Assembly: GCA_028826165.1 (NCBI GenBank) | Contig: JAPDFW010000092.1 | Location: 682,001-746,000 of the forward strand | Direction of reading: 5' to 3' | DNA: 64,000 nucleotides | Source of the DNA: Anaeramoeba ignava BMAN | Lineage: Eukaryota; Protista; Anaeramoebae | Part shown: one piece after another, positions 24,306-34,827 of the stretch | Layout: each line of letters begins with the position of its first letter | How positions within the stretch are numbered: position 1 is the stretch's first letter | Made by a program: the position numbers and the translations under genes | The notes under the pieces: generated by a model | Database searches by the model: none | Told to the model about the DNA's origin: nothing | The model's input: the letters and a program-made list of their open reading frames with translations, nothing else

Positions 24306-27300
24306 TTAAAACAAATTGACTCTCTTCTTCTCATTATGCTGTTTCCATTGAGGTAAGGTCTGAAATTGCTTTCTTGACATCCGGAAAAGAGATTCAAAAT
24401 CTTGATCAGATAAATAATTCTCCAATTTTTTATAATCCAAACCAGGAGGTTTTGGATTAGCACGAAGTTGCTCAATAGTATAAGTTTGCTGATACTTTTT
24501 AAGAATCGATTGAACAGTCTCGATATCTTTGAATGAAATTGGATTCCTTTTCTTTAAAGAGAAACGAGGATGAGTAAATTTGATTGAATTATCCCAACCA
24601 ATAAAACATGAAGAAAATTCAAACGGTTCTTGACCAGCTAAAACACGGTAAATGGGCAAATCAGCATTTTTTGGATTCGGTCTTGATTTGGGTGTCTCTT
24701 TCCAGTAGCGCAAAGCTGTGTTGAAGGTTTGCTTCTGGACATCATCAGAGGCACCAGGACCAACCCAACAAAAAATGCAAAAATGAAGATCCAAAATCAT
24801 GCAATTCATGTAATCCAAACTATCCTGAAGAAGTAGCACTTGATCAATGGCAAATAAACCGTTGCGAATTCCGCAGAAAAACAAGCAAGGCGAAAAGGGA
24901 TGATCAGATAGTTTTTCGGTAAGTTTAAATGTTGGGTTTGTTGATATGATTTTCTTCACTTCTTTTTCTTTTAGATTTTTTTCTTCAGAAAAACACTTGA
25001 AAAAATCATTTGGTTCTTTTCCTTGGGAAACTTCGACAACAGATGTATTTTCGGGTTGAAGGATCGGACAGATATAGTTCTTGGCAGCATCGTGGTCTTC
25101 TTGGGATACGGATTTGCCTCTCCATAGATAGATAGACGTCTTGGATTGAAGAGCGAAGTCTGAGAAGGGGTTAAGAAGATCCGGTTCTGGATCAATTTGC
25201 ACAGCGAGTGTTTGGCGCTGTTCGCGGTTGAGCACAGGATCCTCAACGAGGGAGATGTTGAGCTCCTTTTTCAGTTTGCGGTTCATGTCTCTTCGCGAAC
25301 GGATCTCGAAAAGCGCCGGAAAATTGGGGGCAGATTGTGGACGAAAATTACTGCCACGTGGATCTTCACCTTTCCGGACAATTAAGTTTGCGTTGAAAAG
25401 CAGATAGAAATGCTGTGTTTCATGGCCTTGAACAACGCGGATCTGTTTTGCTTCTCCTTGGAACTCTGCGCGATCAAACTCGATTGTGAGTAACGCTGAA
25501 GCACCTTTTTCATTAATTGGACAGTCTCGACCCTGCCAGAAAAATAAAGTGTGATACTCCTTCTTTCTCTCGGAGATGTAATGGTAGTGCACAATATAGC
25601 TTTCGCCAGAATAGAAGATACCGTACTCGATTTCTGGGATGGCGACCTTTTGATAATTGTCGATTCTCCATATTTTTTTGGATCCTGATCCGTCGTCAGG
25701 AAGAAGTTCTTGGAGATGAATTCCTTTTGCATTATTTGGATCGGAATTTTTGATAAGATCTGTAAGATCAGGACCTTTTTCGGCTTCTTGCTGATCAACA
25801 ACAGCAATATTTCTCACATATTCATGCTTAGAAACCGAAATAGGAAGTCTATCTGGCCAATTTGAAAACTGTTCCTTAAAAAGCGAATCTTCACCCGTTT
25901 CGATATTTCGTGAAACAGACATCCAATCAGGATATTTCTGCTTGCAAATTTCATCCGCCGTTTTTATTGCGTATTTTCTATCCGCAAAAGGTGAACTTTT
26001 GCCTGTCCACAAAAAGACGCCTGATGGGGTGGAAATTATAAAAACATGTTCCGTGTTTAGGATTTCAATCACAGGCAGTCGTCCTTTCACTATTGACTCA
26101 AGTCGCGACTGTCTGACTAAGTTAACTTCGCATGCCGCGATCCACTCGCGTTCGTATTCTTGCGGAGTTTGCCCTGAAGAGCCTCTTATATTGTCTGCAG
26201 TCCCGCCAAGAATTGTCCAGAATGCTTGTGTTCCTCTTTCCGCTTCTTCCATTACAACAATATCAGGCTTTCCGCCATGTTGTTTAGCCTTCAAATTCTG
26301 CGCGAAATGAAGCGCTTTGCTTTTTGCTATTCTTCCTACTGTTTTTCCATGCCATAGAAATATCTTGTTTTTGTTGTCATCCAAAACAAATGATCCGTCT
26401 TGTGAAAGACTGCTGATTTGTGGTGAAACAAGCGTTACTCTTGGATTGCGGAATCCTTTTATTGAATATAACTGAGGAGTTTTTGTTTGTTCGGGTTTTT
26501 TCACACTACTTAAATAATTATCTTCAAATTTTGATTGTTTTTCTTTTTTTTGATCCTTTTTTTGGATTGCTTTCGTTAATTCTTGTGCAATCATCATTTG
26601 CGGTGTTTGCACTTGTTTTGGTATTTCTTTTGCAACATTTTCTTGATTATTATTGCTATTGTTTTGATTTTCTTGATTTTCTTCCTTTTTTTGTGCTAAT
26701 TCTCTCAAATCAACTGTTTCAATTTGTTGTGCTGGATCTTTTGTTTGTTTTCGTATTCCTTTTCTTCTTGGTACTTTTTTCTTAAGATGTACAAGTTTTC
26801 TTTTTTCTACTGTCTTTTTTTTCGGTTCTTCTTGTGTTTTTTGTTGTGTTTTTTGGAATTTTTTTTGGAAAAGTTTTGCTCGTTGTGTAAATGAAAGTTT
26901 GAGAAAGGATTCATCATCGTCTTCACTTTCTGATTCAGATTGTGATTCGATTTGTTGGATTGATTTTTGGATTGATTTCTCGAAATATTTTTCGATAATA
27001 TTTTGCTGAATTTGGTTTTTGTTTTCTTTTTCTTCTTCTTTTTCTTTTTCTTCTTCTTTTTCTTTTTCTTTTTGTGTAATTTCCTTATCTTCATCATCCT
27101 CATCAGTGAAATCATCTGGTATAAATTCATCATCTTCAATTTTAATATCATTTTCAATTTTATTATCTTCTTTAATATTATCTTCAATTTTATTATCTTC
27201 AATTTTATTATCTTCAATTTTTTTATCTTCAATTTTATTATCTTCAATTTTATTATCTTCAATTTTATTATCTTCAATTTTAATATCTTCAATTTTTTAT

Positions 27301-29015
27301 CTTCAATTTTATTATCTTCAATTTTTTTATCTTCTATTTTATTATTTTCAATTTTATTATTTTCAATTTTATCTTCTTTAATTTTATTATCTTCTTTAAT
27401 TTTTATTATTTTCTTCAATTTTAATTTGCTTTTTATGATCAATGGGTGATTTTGATGGTGTTGATTTATCTTTACTTCTATGATGAGAATGATGATAATG
27501 TCCATGCCTATCATATCTATCATTTTTATCACGGTGATAATGTTTATCATCTTTACTACGTTGATAATGTTTATCATCTTTATTGTGTTGAACATTTTTA
27601 TCATCTTTACTGCGTTGAATGTTTTTATCATTTTTATTGTGCTGATCATGTTTATCATGACGACTATGATAATGTCCATGATGCCCATAATAATGACTAC
27701 GGCTTTCAGTTTTATCTTTAGAATGATCTCGTGATTTATGCTCATATTTTTTAGTTGAAGTTATTTTTGGATCCTTTTCTTTAATTGATTTTGAAGTAAT
27801 AATTTTAGATTCAATTTTATTATCTTTTTCAATTTTATTATCTTCTTTAATTTTATTATCTTCTTTAATTTTTTTATCTTCTTTAATTTTATTATCTTCT
27901 TTAATTTTTTTATCCTCTTCAATTTTTTTATCTTCTTCAATTTTTTTATTTTCTTCAATTTTTTTATCTTCTTCAATTTTATTATCTTCTTTAATTTTAT
28001 TATCTTTTTCAATTTTATTATCTTCTTCAATTTTTTTATCTTCTTCAATTTTTTTATCTTCTTTAATTTTATTATCTTCTTTCAATTTTATTATCTTCTT
28101 CAATTTTTTATCTTCTTCAATTTTTTTATCTTCTTCAATTTTTTTATCTTCTTCAATTTTTATCTTCTTCAATTTTTTATCTTCTTCAATTTTTTTATCT
28201 TCAACAACAGATCCTTTTCTTGATAATATATTTTTTTCTTCTCTTATTTGACTAAGTTGTCTTTGTAATTGTTCTTGTTCCTTTTTCAATCTTTCACGTT
28301 TCTTTTCTTGTTCAATCCTTTGTTGAGATAAAACATTTTTTTTCGGTTCTTTTTTTGGTTTAATATTTTCTTGAGATTGATTTTGCAATTTTGATATTTT
28401 ATTCTGTGTTTTTTGAGAATTAACTAATTCTTGGTTTAATTGAGAAAACATTTTTGAAGTTTGAGGTGATTGTTGAAGTTTTTTTTGCTTTTCTTGAATA
28501 ATTTCTTCTTGTTCTTTATTTATATCCTTAACAACAAAAGTATTCATATCATAATTTTCCTTTTTATTTTTAGTTTTAGTTTTATTTTTTGTTCTACGTT
28601 TATTTGGACTTTTTTGTTCAGTTTTTTTTGGAATAATTTGTTCAGTTTTTTTTGGAATAATTTGTTCAGTTTTTTTTGGAATAATTTGTTCAGTTTTTTT
28701 TGGAATAATTTGTTCAGTTTTTTTCTTTTTTTTTTGCGTTAAATTTGGTTGAATTGGTTCTTTTAAATTGTTAAATTCTTGTTTAATTGAATTGAATATT
28801 TTTTCATTTTCTTCATAAATATCATCAATTTCTTGATGTGTAAAAAATTTTTCTTGTTGTTTTTCTTGTTTTTTTGAATCAAATTGTGAAAAAGATATAA
28901 ATTCTCCAGTATTAATATTTTTAGAAAAAAATATCTTTTTTTTATAATGTGGATTTGTTGTTTGACTAATTGAATCACTTGGTGCAACAAATTGTATCTC
29001 GATTGAATTTCCCAT
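24306..29015 (-). CDS. Villin/supervillin-family protein (gelsolin repeats + headpiece) with a long repetitive N-terminus; apparent frameshift(s) at ~27290-27400
   Basis: Gelsolin motifs (IWRIDN...GIFYSGESYIV...FFWQG; RVVQGHET.HF); headpiece KLENYLSDQDFESLFRMSRKQFQTLPQWKQHNEKKRVNLF; ORF 27396-29015 joins through the KIEDNK repeat tract. Confidence 0.85.
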
Positions 29016-29225
29016 CTTTGTTTTTCTTTATTAACAAAATTAAAAAAAAAAAATGAAAAAGCAAAAAATTAAAAAAAAATAAATTAATTTTTGAAAGGAG
29101 AAAAATAAAAATAATTTTCTTCTTTTTTTCTTTTTTTTTTCCAACAATACTTTTGAGAACAAAACAAAAAAAAAAACAAACAAATTTCCAATTCAGTTTT
29201 CTTCTTACAAACTAAAGGAATTTTT

Positions 29226-30145
29226 TTCCCTAATTCCATTTTATTTTAAAAAGAAACAAATCCAAAAAAAATTTTAAAAATAAATTCAAAAACAAATTTA
29301 AAAACAAATTTAAAAACAAATTTAAAAACAAATTTAAAAACAAATTTAAAAACAAATTTAAAAACAAATTAAAAACAAATCTAAAAACAAATTTAAAAAC
29401 AAATTTAAATTATTCTTTTAATTCCTTTTATCAAATATTTTCCCTAATTCCATTTTATTTTAAAAAGAAACAAATCCAAAAACAAATTTAAAAACAAATT
29501 TAAAAACAAATCCAAAAACAAATTTAAAAACAAATTCAAAAACAAATTTAAAAACAAATTTAAAAACAAATTTAAATTATTCTTTTAATTCTTTTTATTA
29601 AATATTTTCCCTAATTCCATTTTATTTTAAAAAGAAACAAATCCAAAAAAAAACAAATTTAAAAACAAATTTAAAAACAAATTTAAAAACAAATTTAAAA
29701 ACAAATTTAAAAACAAATTTAAAAACAAATTTAAAAACAAATTTAAAAACAAATTTAAAAACAAATTTAAAAACAAATTTAAAAACAAATTTAAAAACAA
29801 ATTTAAAAACAAATTTAAAAACAAATTTAAAAACAAATTTAAATTATTATTTTAATTCCTTTTTTTAAAAAAATTCTATTTTAAATTTTTAAAGAAAATT
29901 TTAATTCCTTTTTAAAAATATTTTTAAAAAATTTAAAACAAATTTAAAAACAAATTTAAAAACAAATTTAAAAAACAAATTTATTTTTAATTTAAAAACA
30001 AATTTAAAAACAAATTTAAAAACAAATTTAAATTATTATTTTAATTCCTTTTTTTAAAAAATTTTCCTTAATTTTATTTTAAATTTTAATTATTATTTTA
30101 ATTCCTTTTTTTAAAAAATTTTCCTTAATTCTATTTTAAATTTTA
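29226..30145. repeat. (TTTAAAAACAAA)n 12-mer arrays nested within a larger triplicated unit
   Basis: Marker TTCCCTAATTCCATTTTATTTTAAAAAGAAACAAATCCAAAA recurs at ~29226, ~29439 and ~29606, each followed by 12-mer arrays. Confidence 0.85.
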
Positions 30146-30409
30146 AATTGATCTTTTTTAAAAGATTTTTACTTAATTTTTATTAATTGAAAAATAAATA
30201 ATAAAAATTAAAATAGATAGTAAAATATATGAAAATAATATTTTAGATATTAATATATTTTATAAATTCATGAACATTAGACTCAAGTTTAATTGCTTAA
30301 TAAGAAGATCCTCTGACAACCCACTTTAAAAGCAAAATTTTCTTAAATTTTCCTTAATTCATTTTATCTTTTTATTTTTTTTTACAAAAAGAATAATTTT
30401 TATTTAGTA

Positions 30410-30535
30410 ATGCCACCAAAAAAACAAGTTAAAAAAGTCGATCCAAAAAAACAACCAGCTAAAAAAGAAGAAGTTAAGAAAGAAGAACCAAAGAAAGAAG
30501 TACCAAAGAAAGGAAATAATGCTAAGAAGAAATAA
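30410..30535 (+). CDS. Small 41-aa Lys/Pro/Glu-rich protein (or a terminal exon)
   Basis: MPPKKQVKKVDPKKQPAKKEEVKKEEPKKEVPKKGNNAKKK*; purine-rich coding-like composition against AT-rich flanks; TTTAG acceptor-like site 2 nt before the ATG. Confidence 0.6.
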   Translation: MPPKKQVKKVDPKKQPAKKEEVKKEEPKKEVPKKGNNAKKK

Positions 30536-30749
30536 CTTTCCAAAAAGAATTTTTTCTCTCTCTCTCTAATCTTTTTTTTTTTTTCCAATCTTTTTTTTCA
30601 ATCTTTTTTTTTTTTTTTCAATCCATTTTGGGAAATAAAAAATTTTTGATTGAAATTTGAAACAACAAAAAAATATTTTTTATTTTTTAAAATTTTTTTC
30701 ATTTTTTCTTTTTTTGCTTTTTATTTTTAAAACAAAAAAAAAATAAAAT

Positions 30750-33700
30750 ATGACAGATTCATCAGCATTTTGGAGTTTTCATCCTTTATTTGAAGAGAAA
30801 AAAGTTTTTACAGAAGAAGATGTTAATCAAGTTGATGTAAATATAAATATAAATATAAAAAAATAAAAATAATAATTATATATAAAAATAAATAAATAGA
30901 CAGTAAAAATAAAATAGGAATATAAATGAAAAAATAAAACAAAATCCAAAAATGATTTCCTTTTAAAAAAAAAAACTAAAAGGAAGTAAAATTATTTTTA
31001 TTAAAAATTTTTTTATTTTATTAAATTTTATAAGAAAAAAATTATAAATGGATTGTTATTGTTATTGTTATTATTATTTTATAAATAATTTAGGGAAATA
31101 CACCACTTCATTATATAGTTTGTGAAGCCTCATATGGTTTACTTGATTATTCTGAAAATGAACATTTTACGAAATTAGAACAAATTTTAAAATTAACCAA
31201 AAATCCAAATAAAACAAATGTATTTTAATTTTATTTTAATTTTAATTGTATTTTAATAACTTCTTTTTTTTTTGGATAGTCAGTATTTCTTTTTATTCAA
31301 ATTCAAAAAATTCAAATTCAAAAAATTCAAATTCAAAAAATTCAAATCCAAATTTTTAGTTTGTAATTTTTTAAATATAAAAAAAAATTTGTTAAATAAA
31401 TTAGTTTTGTTTTTATTACAAATCATTTAGGGAAGAACAGCGCTTCATGCTCTTTGTACATATCCAGATCCAGTTTCAATAGAAATACTTATTAAAGCTG
31501 GTCTTGATGTTAATGCAAAAGATGTATTTTTTTTTTCATTTTTTATTCATTTAGAATTAAGAAAACAATTATTTATTAAAATTATTTAAATAGAAAGAAG
31601 TATTTTATTTTAGCTTTCTTTTTTTAAAAAAGGATTTAATCTTCTCATTCCATTCTTTTTTTATATTGTTATTAAGGGAAGAACACCTTTACATTTATGT
31701 TGTTATAGTTATGGGAAGAATAGTAAAATAGATAGTCTCAAAAAATTACTTGAAAAGGGAGCTAAAGTTAATGCATTAAATGTAAAAATTAATCAAAAAA
31801 AAAATATTAATCTTTAAAATAATAAAATTTTTCTTTATTGGGATTATTTAGTCAAAAGTAATTTAAATTTAAATTTAAATTTTTTTATATCTCTTAACTG
31901 AATTATTTGATAGAATGAAGTAAATTTTATTCCAAATTTTAATTTATTATAAAATTAATGATTTTGATTTTGATTTTGATTTGGAAAATAGACACCTTTA
32001 TTTTCTCTTTTCCATTCTTATCGAAAACCAAATATGGAATTAATTAAAATTTTAGTTGAAGCAGGTGCTGATTTAAACATTAAAAATGTATTAAAAAAAA
32101 ATTCAAAAATCATTTCCTGATAAAAGAATTAACAACAGATTTAAATTGGGGAATATCATTTTGAAATCATTTAGTACGTAAATTATAAACTATTTATAAT
32201 AAATGGAAAATGTTAATAGTTTTGTTATAAATTATTTTTTTATTTAGGAAGTAAACATTTTTTTTGGAAAAATAAGAAAAAGAAAGGAATTAATATTTTT
32301 AAGATATTTCTTTCTCATTCCAAACCATAATAAACCAATTATCATTTTTATTGTTCATCTTAATTTTAATGAAAAAGGGAATAAATGTTTTTCAACGTTC
32401 ATGTTCAATGTATACTTCTTTAAAATTTATAGAATTTCTTATAAATTCTGGTGCAGAAGTTAATACTGAATTTGTAAATTGAAAATTATTCATTTCTTAT
32501 TATGGAACAAAAACAAAATTAATTAATTAATTATTTATTTATTTTAAATTTGATTAGAGAACACCTCTTCTTTCTGCTTTATCTCATGATCTTAATAATG
32601 AAAAGAAATCTCAAAAGAAAAAAAAAATAATAAAATTATTATTAAGAAAAGGAGCAAATCCCTTTGAGATAGATGTAGGAATGAAATTATTAAATATTAT
32701 TAATGTTACTTATCCAAAATCAATAAAAATAGGGAAATGTAAACGAATAATATTTTAATTGATATATTTGGATATCGATTAAAATATTTAATATTTTTTT
32801 GGATATTTAGGGTTGGTCATGTTTACATTATGCTTGTAGATATAGTTATGGAATGAAAATAACTGAAGAATTAATATCTAAAGGAGTTGATGTCAATGCA
32901 AAAACTGTATTTTTTTTAAATTATAAAATTAATCCAAAAAAAAAACAAAATTTTACTTATTGATTAATGTAAATTAGACAGTAAATTTTTTCAAATGAAA
33001 ATTAATCAATGATTTCCAAACAAATTTTATATTTAATAATAAAAATTTAGGATGTAAATTATTTTTAATTTGAAATTAATTTGAAATTATTTTTAAATTA
33101 TTTTTAATTTAAGATGGGATGGACTCCATTAACATTAGCTTGCGGATTTAAACCAAATTACAAAATGATAAAAAAATTATTAGAAAGTGGAGCAGAAGTT
33201 AATATCCAAAATGTATTAATTATTATTATTTTTATTATTTTTATTTTTTTAGATTTTAAATTAAAAACAAATTAAATTAAAAACAAAGAATGTAATTTTA
33301 ATAATTAAAATAATAAGTAAATCAAATTTAGTGAAAACTTTTTTGATGAATAATTTTTTTTATTAATTCCAAAAAAAAAAACAATAATAATCTATTATAG
33401 TATAATTGGACACCTCTTCATTATGCATCTAGATATAGTACAGATATTAATGTTTTAATTCTTCTTTTATCAAATGGTGGATATTTAGTTTCCAATGTAA
33501 ATGATAAAAATTTTAGATTTATTTATTTTCCAAATTAAAATTAAAATTAATTTTAGAATGTAAATTTAATTTTAATTTTGATTTTGATTTTAATTTTAAT
33601 TTTGAATTTTGATTTTAATTTTAATTTTGATTTAAAAAGGAAGTAAAAAAAGGAATAAAATTTTTATAATTCTTAAAATAATTCTTAAAATAATTCTTAA

Positions 33701-34495
33701 AATAATTCTTAAAATAATTCTTAAAATAATTCTTAAAATAATTCTTAAAATAAAAAGTCTAAAAAACCAGAAGATTATGCAGATTCAAAAGAAATTAAAA
33801 GTTTTTTATCTCATTTCCAAACTTTTTCTGATGAAATGAGAATAATTTTTGAAAAAGAAAAAGAAACAGATATGGAAATTCAAGTTTTAAATGGATCAAT
33901 TAAAGCACATTCTTTAATTTTAAAAGCAAGATTAGTAGATAAAGTTTATTCAGAATTTATTGAAATATCGAAATCAAAAAAAAAAGAAATAGTTCAGAAA
34001 TTTATTTTATGGATTTATACAGGATTAAGTGATTTACAAGATTTATCAATGATTAGGGAATATACAGAAGAAATTGGAATTTCAAAAGAAGAATTCCATA
34101 AAAAAAATGGAAAATTTGGAATGGCAAAGGATTTAAGTAAACTTTTTCAAGATCCAAAAACTTCCGACTTTAAAATTACATGTGAAGAAGATTCAAAAGA
34201 AATTTTGGTTCATAGAATTATGCTTATTGTAAGAAGTGATTTATTTAGAGGAATGTTTGATAGTGTTAAAGATGATTCAAAAAAAGTCAAAGATTATTCA
34301 AAACGATCATTTGAAGCATTAGAAATTTTTTTCAAATTTTTATATTCTGATGAGATTGAATTTCCTATAAATGAAATTATTGCAAAAGAATTATTTGATG
34401 CTCCAGATTTTTATCAATTAGAAGAAAAATCAATGATGAATTTTTATATTGAATATCGATTTCCCAAAATTAAGAAAAAATGTTTGATTATGTAA
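30750..34495 (+). CDS. Ankyrin-repeat (9 repeat exons) + tandem BTB/POZ-like protein with polybasic-CaaX tail; 26 exons including 15 micro-exons
   Basis: Major exons 30750-30836, 31094-31219, 31431-31523, 31677-31781, 31992-32087, 32378-32473, 32558-32674, 32811-32906, 33114-33212, 33401-33496, 33758-34495, all phase 0. Repeats begin GNTPLHY, GRTALHA, GRTPLHL, TPLFS, GINVFQ, RTPLLS, GWSCLHY, MGWTPLTL, YNWTPLHY. BTB motifs IKAHSLILKAR and VHRIMLIVRSDLFRGMF; ends KIKKKCLIM. Confidence 0.88.
30900..33642 (+). other. Set of 15 predicted micro-exons (AG|NNN|GT or AG|NNNNNN|GT)
   Basis: 30900-02 ACA, 30983-85 GAA, 31280-82 TCA, 31360-62 TTT, 31594-99 AAAGAA, 31852-57 TCAAAA, 31914-19 AATGAA, 32175-77 TAC, 32248-50 GAA, 32733-38 GGAAAT, 32978-80 ACA, 33051-53 GAT, 33289-91 AAT, 33557-59 AAT, 33640-42 GAA. 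Confidence 0.8.
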
Positions 34496-34675
34496 AGGAT
34501 TTTGGAAAAAAAAAAAAGGATTAAAACTTGATGAATTCATTCTTTTATTTTATCAATTAGAAGAAAAATCAACAATTAATTATTATATTAAATATTGATT
34601 TCCAAAAATTAAGAGAAAAAATATTTTATTATTATTTAAAGGATTTTGGAAAAAAAAGGATTAAAACTTGATGAA
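34411..34675 (+). repeat. Degenerate tandem duplication (~125 bp) of the last codons and 3' flank of the ANK-BTB gene
   Basis: TTATCAATTAGAAGAAAAATCAA...TAAAGGATTTTGGAAAAAAAAGGATTAAAACTTGATGAA occurs at ~34411-34535 and ~34550-34675. Confidence 0.85.
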
Positions 34676-34827
34676 TCTTTTTTCATTTTTATTAAAAGAA
34701 TAATAAAAAAAATTTTTTTTCCGTTTTTTTTAAATTCATTTTTTTCTTTTTCATTCCAATTAAATAAAAAATAAAAATTAATTTAATTTAATTTAATTTG
34801 ATTTAATTTAATTTGATTTAATAAAAA

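Noticed and set aside
27290-27400. Programmed frameshifting or pseudogenisation in the villin, TPR-like, Derlin and ALG5-like genes
   Set aside because: All shifts lie in homopolymer or repeat tracts and are most simply explained as long-read consensus errors; this needs read data to settle.
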